In this document: piece by piece, positions 17,215 to 25,999 of the stretch | How positions within the stretch are numbered: the first letter of the stretch is position 1 | Layout of the letters: each line of letters starts with the position of its first letter | NCBI GenBank assembly: GCA_016840855.1 | Contig: JAEORO010000114.1 | Span: 1-30,953 of the forward strand | Reading direction: 5' to 3' | Length of the DNA: 30,953 nucleotides | Source: Candidatus Thorarchaeota archaeon | GTDB lineage: Archaea; Asgardarchaeota; Thorarchaeia; Thorarchaeales; Thorarchaeaceae | Translations under genes and position numbers: made by a program | The notes under the pieces: generated by a model | The model's input: only the letters and a program-made list of their open reading frames with translations | Databases searched by the model: none | Told to the model about the DNA's origin: nothing

Positions 17215-19398
17215 ATGCTAAAGCAGTTCACCTATGATGTACCAGAAATTGAGCGAGGGTACGCGAATCAGACGCTCTATATGAATCTAAGCAACAATGA
17301 GATCAGAATAAAGCCAGTGGATGATAAGATGAAAGAAACATTCACTGGAGGAAAAGGGTTCGATCTCTGGTTGATGTGGAATGGTCTTCCAAAAGATCGA
17401 ATAGTTAAGTGGGACGACCCTGAGAACGAGATTTGCATTGCTACAGGTCCTCTGGGTGGCGTCACCCAATATCCTGGAGCTGGGAAGTCTATTGTGACCT
17501 CCATCTCGCCTATGACAGGAATCCCGATTGATAGTAATGTCGGAGGATATGTTGGTCCCAATTTGAAGTTCTCAGGCTTCGATGCCATGGAGATTCAGGG
17601 TAAAGCAAAAGGAGACGTATACATTTTCATCGACGGTGACAAAGGTAAGATTGAGATTCACGATGCACGTGATTTGCCAGATACTGCATATGAAATAACT
17701 CGGATACTAAGTGATCGACATACTGAGAAGGATGGGAAGGACATGTCCGTCGTCACAGCTGGACCTGCTGCCGAGCATGCATGGATGGGGTGTCTAAACT
17801 TCTCTTGGTGGGATATGCGCAGAAATATTCCAAGATACAAGCAAGCAGGTAGAGGTGGTATCGGGACTGTTTTTCGCAACAAAAAAATCAAAGCGATTGT
17901 TGTTAAGAAAGAGAAAATCACTCTAGAAATGAATGGACCAGCAGACATTGATGCTGTAAAGAGTGTAGGTCGTGACCATTCTGGAGAGATTCTAGGACTT
18001 GATGATAAGCAAAACAGAATGAGGACTATTGGAACTGGACATCTTCCATCAATCATGGATGAGTTCGACCTACTCCCAACACGGAACTTCAGGACAGGTG
18101 GAGACCCTGAAGCTGGAAAGATTGCTGGAGTGGAATGGGAAAAAATATTCACCAACAGTGGGAAAGGATGGGATGGATGCTGGAGACCCTGTGCCATTAA
18201 TTGTAGTCATTGTATCGAGAGATTCACTCCGAAAACAGGACCATTCAAAGGTAAGCAAGTCGTTGTTGACGGGCCAGAGTATGAAACTATTGCTGGATGT
18301 GGTTCAAACATTGGCATCTTTGACCCCCATTGGATTGCTGAACTAAACTTCTACTGCGATGCATACGGTATTGATACAATATCATTTGGCACAACAATGG
18401 GATTCGTGATGGAGCTCTTTGAGGAGGGCTACATCAATGAGAAAGCGACTGGAGGTCACAAGCTGAAGTGGGGAGCCGCAGAAGCCGCACTCGCAGTTCT
18501 TCATGAGATGGCAGAAGGCAGAGGATTTGGCGGTCAACACTTTGGAAAAGGTGTCCATTACCTTAAGGGATACTTTGGAAACACATTTGGTGTTGACAAG
18601 CAGGTAATGCAAGATATCGGTATGGAGCATAAAGGTCTCGAGTACTCAGAATATGTGACCAAAGAAAGCCTTGCCCAACAAGGAGGTTACGGTCTCACTC
18701 TAAAGGGACCTCAGCACGATGAGGCGTGGTTAATCTTCATGGATCAAGTTCACAATTACTTGCCAACTTTCGAGGATAAAGCTGAAGCTCTGCATTATTT
18801 CCCCATGTGGCGCACTTGGTTTGGGCTTAATGGTCTTTGTAAATTACCTTGGAACGATGTAGTTCCAGCAAATAACAAAGAAACTTCAGAACCTGCAAAA
18901 GTGCCGGGACATGTGGCGTTCTATGTTAGATTCTTCGAAGCCATGACAGGAAGACCCACAAAATCTGAGGACTTAATCAAGATGTCAGAAAGAGTCTATA
19001 ATTTCCAAAGAATCTTCAATATCAGGCAAGGCAAGGGACTCCGGATTCACGATTCCTTTATCCCCTATAGGAGTGCAGGTCCAGTAACTGACTGGGAGTA
19101 TGAGTCCCGAGAGGAACGCTACGATGGACAATTAGAAGAACTCGGTATAGACATTACTGGAATGAACACCTCTGAGAAGAATAAAAAACTGAGAGAACAT
19201 AGAGAAGAACGATACCGACTTCTAACTGATGCGGCTTACAAACGACGTGGCTGGACTCGAAATGGCTGTCCAACCATGGAGAAGGTCAGGAATTTAGGTC
19301 TCGACTGGATACCTGAGCTTATCAACATAGTGAAAAAGTACGAGGGAGAGGAACCCCCAAAGGACACAATTCCTGCCTCTGATGATGCGTGGAAATAG
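17215..19398 (+). CDS. aor: Aldehyde:ferredoxin oxidoreductase family protein (probably tungsten-dependent)
   Basis: SPMTG.PIDSNVGG, LKFSGFDA, AGRGGIGTVFRNKKIKAIV, CWRPCAINC, GPEYET, CDAYGIDTIS, GLCKL, Y.RRGW..NG.PT; GGTGA SD upstream. Confidence 0.9.
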   Translation: MLKQFTYDVPEIERGYANQTLYMNLSNNEIRIKPVDDKMKETFTGGKGFDLWLMWNGLPKDRIVKWDDPENEICIATGPLGGVTQYPGAGKSIVTSISPMTGIPIDSNVGGYVGPNLKFSGFDAMEIQGKAKGDVYIFIDGDKGKIEIHDARDLPDTAYEITRILSDRHTEKDGKDMSVVTAGPAAEHAWMGCLNFSWWDMRRNIPRYKQAGRGGIGTVFRNKKIKAIVVKKEKITLEMNGPADIDAVKSVGRDHSGEILGLDDKQNRMRTIGTGHLPSIMDEFDLLPTRNFRTGGDPEAGKIAGVEWEKIFTNSGKGWDGCWRPCAINCSHCIERFTPKTGPFKGKQVVVDGPEYETIAGCGSNIGIFDPHWIAELNFYCDAYGIDTISFGTTMGFVMELFEEGYINEKATGGHKLKWGAAEAALAVLHEMAEGRGFGGQHFGKGVHYLKGYFGNTFGVDKQVMQDIGMEHKGLEYSEYVTKESLAQQGGYGLTLKGPQHDEAWLIFMDQVHNYLPTFEDKAEALHYFPMWRTWFGLNGLCKLPWNDVVPANNKETSEPAKVPGHVAFYVRFFEAMTGRPTKSEDLIKMSERVYNFQRIFNIRQGKGLRIHDSFIPYRSAGPVTDWEYESREERYDGQLEELGIDITGMNTSEKNKKLREHREERYRLLTDAAYKRRGWTRNGCPTMEKVRNLGLDWIPELINIVKKYEGEEPPKDTIPASDDAWK

Positions 19399-19404
19399 AA
19401 TAAC

Positions 19405-19442
19405 AAGGAGAGTTTGGAATCTCCATCCTCCCTTCTTCTTTC
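19405..19442 (+). terminator. Putative terminator of aor (short hairpin plus pyrimidine tract)
   Basis: ggaga-N8-tctcc followed by atcctcccttcttctttc, between convergent genes. Confidence 0.45.
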
Positions 19443-19496
19443 ATATAGTGTATTTCAGCTATCTTCAACAAGAATATACTAACGTTATCTATCGTT

Positions 19497-20303
19497 TCAA
19501 TGTGTTTCGGACCTCAGAGTGGATTGTTGCTTCCTTGAAAAAAGCAGAACAATGATGATAGATTCTATCACTATTCCTATACTTAGGAAAACATTCATGG
19601 TGGGTAAAGCAAGGTTTGTATTTGGACCGTTTATATCGGAAGTTGTAATATGAGTTGTAGTAGGTTGACTTGAGGTAGTTGTCGTTGGTGTTGAATCATC
19701 AAATTGTGGATAATAGTTGTCAAGATTAGTATTCGTAAGAAGGAGATCTAAGCATTCATAGGTAAAACCACCATTTGTGCTGTTCATTTCCCTCCAGTAA
19801 TCGATTAGTACTCCAAGGGATGAATGGTAGCCAAGTAGTGTTTTGATGGTCATATTTGCATTCTCGGTAACATTCCACAATATGAACCATTCACCTGTTG
19901 TTCCATACCTTACTTTATTGGTGACCTCAAAATTAATTCCAGAGATACCATGCATTTCATTGATCTCCCAAGTTGTAACATTCTTCCATATTGGGGGATA
20001 TCCTGGCAAGTCCATATTAATATCAGAGAGAGTGCGAACGTAAGTGTCAGCATCACCGTCATTATTGCATACAAATTCCACGATGTAGTTTTCTTTGTCA
20101 ACCCAACTCGTAATGTTGTAGATGATATCGTAGTCATAACCAGGTTCTAGGGGATTATCTGGGTATATGGTAATATTGTATTTCATATATAGACCGATAG
20201 GAAAATCATTACTTTGAGCAATCGAAGCGGGATAAGTGCTAGAACTAAAAAGGATGAATACAATGGATATTGAAAGAAGTACAACGTTCCATCTCTGAAA
20301 CAT
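19497..20303 (-). CDS. Secreted type I membrane (glyco)protein, paralog of 21729-22583
   Basis: Signal peptide, many N-x-S/T sequons, Thr/Ser-rich stalk, TM helix with GIVIE, short basic tail. Confidence 0.75.
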   Translation of the reverse strand: MFQRWNVVLLSISIVFILFSSSTYPASIAQSNDFPIGLYMKYNITIYPDNPLEPGYDYDIIYNITSWVDKENYIVEFVCNNDGDADTYVRTLSDINMDLPGYPPIWKNVTTWEINEMHGISGINFEVTNKVRYGTTGEWFILWNVTENANMTIKTLLGYHSSLGVLIDYWREMNSTNGGFTYECLDLLLTNTNLDNYYPQFDDSTPTTTTSSQPTTTHITTSDINGPNTNLALPTMNVFLSIGIVIESIIIVLLFSRKQQSTLRSETH

Positions 20304-20434
20304 TCCGGTTTTTTCCCCTCCAGCTGCATAATACCTTGAATTTACATATATCTTTTCATTTCATTCACTCTTGGATTGGACTTTTCGGAGGTTATTTTCT
20401 GCTAGTGCTTGCGTCTATGCAAGTAATCTTGGAT

Positions 20435-20451
20435 TCTTGTAGACTACAAGA
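20435..20451. promoter_or_regulatory. Perfect 8-1-8 palindrome in a divergent intergenic region (candidate operator)
   Basis: tcttgtag-a-ctacaaga seen directly; function inferred. Confidence 0.4.
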
Positions 20452-20564
20452 CGAATGAAGTTCCAAATCCTTAAAGCATGCATAGATGATTTCGCGATAA
20501 TCCGATTTCCTTAAACGCTCTCAAACAAAGTTATTCAAAGAGGAAATAAGAGGGAAGTAATAGC

Positions 20565-21704
20565 TTGAAGGCTCTGATTTTACAAGTGCTATCAGATCCA
20601 GGCCTTCTAGGATTAGTATTAGGAGTATTCGTAGGTACTCTAGTACTTATTTGCTGTTATCTTACATTAAAAACAGAGGTAAGTTACGAACCAGCAGAGT
20701 ATGAGGAGTCAGAAGTACCATCGGGTTTACAAAGATTATACAAAAGTGAAACCTACAAAACAGGATTCGAAAGCAGTGATTTATCATCAATCAGATTTCA
20801 TCGTAAAAGACCAATACCAGGAGTAGCACAAGCACTTGGTGAAGTTGAGTCTTCAGAGGATATAGGCAGTCCGAGGAAACGAATTCAAAAACCACAAGAG
20901 TTACAGGTCAGAGTACTTCGTGGAGGGGAGTTTATTGGCAACAGAATGAGATTCAAGGTGAAAATACTAAATGATTCACCATATACTATCACAGATGTCA
21001 CAGTCTTTTTGCTTTCATATCCAAAATCAGCCTTAAGATTAGAATCCGACGATGACAGTGCTTTCTTTACAAAAATTGAGCCAGGAGGGACCAGAAGTCC
21101 AAGTTTTGATTTTCTACCTACTCAGGATTGCGTTAAAGGAGAGATTGTAGCAGGAGTTTCGTTCCTAGATATTGAAGGTAATCCGCAGATGAAGAATACA
21201 AAACCGTTTATCATAAGATCAGTTTGCGATTTGTTACTACCTCAAAAAGTATCACCACAAGATTTCGAACTAAAATTGAAAAAGCTTGAATGTGGTGAAG
21301 TAGTCGTCAAGATTGAAGAATGGACTCCAGAGGAGATGTTTGAAAAAGCACTTCGAATCGTGGATGAATCAAACTTCTTTGAAGTCAGTAGTAAAACTGA
21401 GGAATCACGTGGTGTGCTGTTTTCCAAGATAATGGGATATGCAAAAGGAAAATACACCGGGAAAGAAATTGGTGTTGAGATTGATATATCTGGACAAGCT
21501 GGAAAGAAAGGTACATCATGCACACTCCGTGTATCAGGAGAAGATCAAGCGATGATTCTCCCAGCAATTGATGACTTGAGAGAACGTCTCAATGCATGGC
21601 TCTGCCCAATGTGCTCCAGCCCACTCTCACTTGAAAATGTTGAAGCTCTACGAGATGGGGGAATAGTGGAATGCTCATTTTGCAAAGTGTCTATAGGTCG
21701 CTGA
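20565..21704 (+). CDS. Membrane-anchored protein with beta-COP/adaptin appendage-like domain and C-terminal Zn ribbon (paralog 1)
   Basis: N-terminal TM ending LICCY, linker with RPIPGVA, conserved RGGEFIGNRMRFKVK...VCDLLLP...EDQAMILPAIDDL domain, CPMC-x19-CSFC. Paralogy is seen directly; the fold assignment is by-eye inference. Confidence 0.7.
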   Translation: MKALILQVLSDPGLLGLVLGVFVGTLVLICCYLTLKTEVSYEPAEYEESEVPSGLQRLYKSETYKTGFESSDLSSIRFHRKRPIPGVAQALGEVESSEDIGSPRKRIQKPQELQVRVLRGGEFIGNRMRFKVKILNDSPYTITDVTVFLLSYPKSALRLESDDDSAFFTKIEPGGTRSPSFDFLPTQDCVKGEIVAGVSFLDIEGNPQMKNTKPFIIRSVCDLLLPQKVSPQDFELKLKKLECGEVVVKIEEWTPEEMFEKALRIVDESNFFEVSSKTEESRGVLFSKIMGYAKGKYTGKEIGVEIDISGQAGKKGTSCTLRVSGEDQAMILPAIDDLRERLNAWLCPMCSSPLSLENVEALRDGGIVECSFCKVSIGR

Positions 21705-21728
21705 TTGAAGGAATTCTATAACGATCAG

Positions 21729-22583
21729 TCAAGGTTGGTATCGTTTCTGTATCAACAGACAAATAATTACGACTTCTACGATTATACCTGCCAGAAGGAA
21801 GCTGGTAGGTATCCATGCATCAGGGATATTAATCAATGTTTCAGTAGAGTTAGGAGGAGATGTTGTAGTAGGAGAAGTAGAAGAAATGGGCGGTTGAGTT
21901 GATATACTTGTAGTAGTAGAGGAGGTAGGTGGAGAGGTTGTGGGTATATGGACAAGATAGTCAGTGAATGATAGAAAATTACTATCAGTGAGAATAGTGG
22001 TATTAGTATAGACAATTGAAGGATTTGTGTTGTTTATATATTTCTCTTGAGTTTCGATAAGAACACCAGAGCTCGCATCATAAAATAAATTGAGTTCAAT
22101 ATCAAATATTTGATCAGAATCTTCCTCAAAATTCAAACGATAGCAACTAAAATTACCTAATGGCACGCTTCGATTTTCAATAGACACTATTGTGAACATC
22201 ACATCATAAAATGTTACATTTGTTGTGAGACCCCAGAAGGTAGTATCACACCATAAATTACCAATTCCACTCAATGTGTAAAATTCTTCTGGAAAGACAA
22301 TCTCATATTGGAATTCATCGGTATTATTGAATATATGAGTAACTTCAATTGATTCTTGACTAACCCATTTATTGACAATGTAGGTCATATTATACCATTT
22401 GTTAATGGTCCCATAACCATCATATTCTGCTTGTGTATAGTGAAGAACAAGACCAAGCGGAAATTCATCTAAATCCTGGGCAGTCACTTCCACTGAAATA
22501 AGACCTGCAAGAATTAAGCCCAATATCAAGTAAAAGCATACTCGTTTGTTCTTGTTCGAATGAACTAGATTCTTAGGCTCCAC
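21729..22583 (-). CDS. Secreted type I membrane (glyco)protein, paralog of 19497-20303
   Basis: Shares AQ...FP(I/L)GL...Y, Y....W V, L(T)xxN(L/F) and TM GI.(I/V)E motifs with 19497-20303; S/T/P-rich stalk; sequons. Confidence 0.75.
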   Translation of the reverse strand: MEPKNLVHSNKNKRVCFYLILGLILAGLISVEVTAQDLDEFPLGLVLHYTQAEYDGYGTINKWYNMTYIVNKWVSQESIEVTHIFNNTDEFQYEIVFPEEFYTLSGIGNLWCDTTFWGLTTNVTFYDVMFTIVSIENRSVPLGNFSCYRLNFEEDSDQIFDIELNLFYDASSGVLIETQEKYINNTNPSIVYTNTTILTDSNFLSFTDYLVHIPTTSPPTSSTTTSISTQPPISSTSPTTTSPPNSTETLINIPDAWIPTSFLLAGIIVEVVIICLLIQKRYQP

Positions 22584-22715
22584 TCCGCAGCCCCATAACT
22601 TTTCGTCAAAGATATTTATGTTTAAAATCGTATAAAAATATCTGACTAGAAACAGGATTCATCAAATGTCTACTTCCTGCATTTTATTAGGTTCGAAGAA
22701 ATCCTGTATTTCGGA

Positions 22716-23627
22716 ATGCAAGTAATTCTTGAGCCTTATGCATTGGGTATAATAAGCGCATTACTAGCGATGCTCTTCTTCGGAGTAACAAATGTCATCT
22801 ACAAAAAGATGAGTGAGAGCATTAGTGTAATGGATATTATGTTCACGCGCATGTGGGTGAGTTTACCTGTAGCGTATATATTCGCAATTGCAGCTTCGGG
22901 GTCTATTACATTTACAATTCCAGTTGAATCGCTATTTCCACTTATTCTATCCATGGTGATTGGAATTGTAATTGGTGATGGAATGTATTTCTATAGTCAG
23001 GAGAGAATAGGCGTTGCAAGAGCATTTCCAATTGCCATGAGTTATCCCCTTCTGGTATATCTTCTTGCGGCAATTTTTTTGGGAGAGCCTGTAATCCCTC
23101 AGAGAGTTCTTGGTGCATTCATTGTCGTATTCGGTGTTATCACGATTGCGAGGGCTGAGCAGGATGACACAAAAAATACCAATCGATGGAGTAGTGACGA
23201 CCTAAGGATTGGATTAGTCCTTGCTTTTCTTGTTCTAATCTGCTGGGCTCTTAGTGATGTCATATTTCAAGCTGGACTAGTCGGTGTAGGACCTGCTGAA
23301 GCCAACTTCTATCGAATACTTGCCGCTTCTTTGATGCTTGTACCAATCTTCCTCTACTCATTCAAAGGAAACCGAATGGTTCCAAATAAGCGAGCCATCA
23401 TATTTGCTTTAGCTACAGGAACTGTTGGACTTGGTCTGAGTCTTGTTACATACAGTTTTGCAGTCAAGTTTGTAGGAGCGACTGTGACGTCTCTGATTGT
23501 AGCATCTGCACCGATGTTTACTGCACCACTTTCTGTGTTTTATCTAGATGAAGATGTAAACAAACAGGTTATGCTTGGTACACTTCTTACAATAATTGGT
23601 GTATTAATGGTCGTTTTCATTGTTTAG
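22716..23627 (+). CDS. EamA/DMT family transporter
   Basis: 303 aa, about 10 hydrophobic helices in two repeats (IGVARAFPI...YPL...AAIFLGE; VGATVTSLI...PMF...SVFYLDE). Confidence 0.88.
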   Translation: MQVILEPYALGIISALLAMLFFGVTNVIYKKMSESISVMDIMFTRMWVSLPVAYIFAIAASGSITFTIPVESLFPLILSMVIGIVIGDGMYFYSQERIGVARAFPIAMSYPLLVYLLAAIFLGEPVIPQRVLGAFIVVFGVITIARAEQDDTKNTNRWSSDDLRIGLVLAFLVLICWALSDVIFQAGLVGVGPAEANFYRILAASLMLVPIFLYSFKGNRMVPNKRAIIFALATGTVGLGLSLVTYSFAVKFVGATVTSLIVASAPMFTAPLSVFYLDEDVNKQVMLGTLLTIIGVLMVVFIV

Positions 23628-23711
23628 GAAAAGGTGTATCATTCAAAAAAAACATCAAAGATTTTAAAGCGCTCCCTGTGCAAGGGTTAACAGAAGTATT
23701 AGCCACTTTCG

Positions 23712-24839
23712 TTGGTGGGATTGGGATTAATGATATTGATGTTGCAGATTCTTGATAGTCTGATTAATGGAATTCTAATCTTCATTTTTCTCCTCCTAGC
23801 AATTATTGCCATTGGGCTAGCATGTTCAGGAGGTCGTGTTGATAGGTCAGAAACTATTCCAACAAGTGTGCGCAAAGAAATAGGTCTCCAAACAGAAAAA
23901 CGACCTTCATCAACAATCAGCTGGCGAGAGATACCTCGAGATCCTATATCACGGCAGTCTGTAAGAACCCAAAGGCCAATCCCAGGTGTTTCTCATGCAA
24001 TAAGACAAATCCAGAGACCACCAACTCTTTTGGAAAAGAAAGTCAAAGCAATGAGAGGTGGTGAGTTTGTAGGAAACAGAATGAGGTTTAAGGTTAAGGT
24101 AGTAAATGATTCACCATATATGATTACTGACGTCACAGTTTACCTATTATCATATCCAAAAGATGCTCTTAGATTGGGAGGTAAGGAAGATGATTGCAAA
24201 TTTTCAAAGATTGAACCTGGTGGATTTCGAAGCCCAACCTTTGATTTTCTACCAACACAAGATTGTGTCAAAGGTGAGATTGTCGCAGGTGTGTCGTATG
24301 TAGACATGACTGGAAAAGCGCACACATTAAGCACCGAACCTTTCGTGATAAGAGCAGTTTGTGACCTATTAATCCCAGACCAAGTAACCCCAGAGGATTT
24401 TGCCCTTAAATTGAAGTCCTATGAACATGGAGAGATTGTTATCAAGGTAGAAGAATGGACACCCAAGGAGATGTTCGAGAAAGCCTTGAGAATTGTGGAT
24501 GAATGCAACTTCTATGAAGTACATAGCAATCTGGAAACCCGAGATGGCATCATTTTTGGTACACTATCAGGATTGGCTAAGGGAAAATACACAGGGAAAT
24601 CTGTTAGTGTGGAAATTAGTATTTCTGGACCGGAGGAAAAAAAGGGAGCCTCCTGTACCATCAAGGTTTCAGGTGAAGACCAAGCAATGATCCTCCCTGC
24701 AATCGACGACCTCAAAGAGCGACTAAGTGCATGGTTATGCCCGATGTGTGGAAGTCCTCTAACTTTAGATAATGTAGAGAAATTACGTGATGGAAAAGTT
24801 GTAGTATGCCCATTCTGTTCAGTTTCAATTGGACGCTAG
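23712..24839 (+). CDS. Membrane-anchored appendage-like domain / Zn-ribbon protein (paralog 2)
   Basis: Same architecture and conserved domain as paralog 1; TM ending GLACS; RPIPGVS; CPMC-x19-CPFC. Start may be the ATG at 23730. Confidence 0.7.
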   Translation: MVGLGLMILMLQILDSLINGILIFIFLLLAIIAIGLACSGGRVDRSETIPTSVRKEIGLQTEKRPSSTISWREIPRDPISRQSVRTQRPIPGVSHAIRQIQRPPTLLEKKVKAMRGGEFVGNRMRFKVKVVNDSPYMITDVTVYLLSYPKDALRLGGKEDDCKFSKIEPGGFRSPTFDFLPTQDCVKGEIVAGVSYVDMTGKAHTLSTEPFVIRAVCDLLIPDQVTPEDFALKLKSYEHGEIVIKVEEWTPKEMFEKALRIVDECNFYEVHSNLETRDGIIFGTLSGLAKGKYTGKSVSVEISISGPEEKKGASCTIKVSGEDQAMILPAIDDLKERLSAWLCPMCGSPLTLDNVEKLRDGKVVVCPFCSVSIGR

Positions 24840-24859
24840 TATTGAGGAGATAGAATTTC

Positions 24860-25936
24860 TTGGTTCCGATATATGATCCTGCATTTGTTATGATTAATGG
24901 ATTCATCTTTGCTTTCCTTCTTCTATGCTGCTGTTATTTCCTCGGCAGAGGTCGTCAGGACAGAGAAACAATAACAGACCCCACAATTGATGATATAATT
25001 AGAAGCCGACGAGAAGCATTCTTCCAAACAGGTCAGTATAGGACGTACACGTATCCTGTTATAGAAAGACAAAAACCAATCCCTGGAGTAGCAAAAGCTC
25101 TTTCAAAAGTAGATCCTAAAGAAATTCAAGAATCAAAAGATGTGAAAGCTCTTCGAGGGGGAGAGTTCATTGGAAATAGGATGAGGTTCAAAGTTAAAGT
25201 CAAGAATGAATCAGAATATATGATCACTGATGTCACAGTATATCTATTATCATTTCCTAATGAAGCTCTGAAACTTGTAGACGATGATAGCTGCCGTTAT
25301 TCAAAAATTGAACCTGGAGGGTTCAGAAGTCCGACATTTGATTTCCTACCAACACAAGATTGTGTACGTGGCGAGATTGTAGCCGGTGTGTCTTTTGTCG
25401 ATATGAAGGGGAAAGCGCATACTCTAAGCACCAAACCATTTGTCATAAGATCAGTGTGTGATTTGCTCTTACCGGATCAAGTCAGCCCTCAGGAATTTGA
25501 ACTGAAGCTCAAAGAACATGGACATGGTGAAATGGTTGTAAAGGTAAATGAATGGACTCCTGAAGAAATGTTCGAGAAAGCTCTAAGATTGGTCGATGAG
25601 TCTAATTTCTTTGAAGTCAGTAGTAAAATAGAACAATTTGATGGCATTGTGTATGCAAAGATAGTTGGTTCCGCAAAAGGGAAGTATACCGGGAAGAGTA
25701 TTGGTGTTCAAATAAGCATAACAGGACCAACTGAGGAGAGAGGTGCCTCCTGTACAATAAGAGTATCTGGTGAAGACCACGCAATGATCCTCCCTGCAAT
25801 TGATGATTTGAGAGAGAGGCTTAGCGCGTGGTTGTGTCCAATGTGTGGGTCTACCTTGACTCTACAGAATGTGGAGGATCTCAAAGACGGAAAAATCATC
25901 TCTTGCCCATTTTGTGGCATTTCGGTAGGACGTTAA
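24860..25936 (+). CDS. Membrane-anchored appendage-like domain / Zn-ribbon protein (paralog 3)
   Basis: TTG start with GAGGAG SD; TM ending LLCCCY; KPIPGVA; same conserved domain; CPMC-x19-CPFC. Confidence 0.7.
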   Translation: MVPIYDPAFVMINGFIFAFLLLCCCYFLGRGRQDRETITDPTIDDIIRSRREAFFQTGQYRTYTYPVIERQKPIPGVAKALSKVDPKEIQESKDVKALRGGEFIGNRMRFKVKVKNESEYMITDVTVYLLSFPNEALKLVDDDSCRYSKIEPGGFRSPTFDFLPTQDCVRGEIVAGVSFVDMKGKAHTLSTKPFVIRSVCDLLLPDQVSPQEFELKLKEHGHGEMVVKVNEWTPEEMFEKALRLVDESNFFEVSSKIEQFDGIVYAKIVGSAKGKYTGKSIGVQISITGPTEERGASCTIRVSGEDHAMILPAIDDLRERLSAWLCPMCGSTLTLQNVEDLKDGKIISCPFCGISVGR

Positions 25937-25999
25937 CTGAATGCCCTGGTCAGGAAAACCCTATATCATCCTGCGCAAATTCAAGCATGAGGGAGGACT

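Noticed and set aside
785-22583. COPI-type dilysine or YxxPhi sorting signals in the tails of the surface proteins
   Set aside because: Tails (RKRQTR, KRR, RKQQSTLRSETH, QKRYQP) do not match KKxx, KxKxx or YxxPhi; the positive-inside rule explains them.
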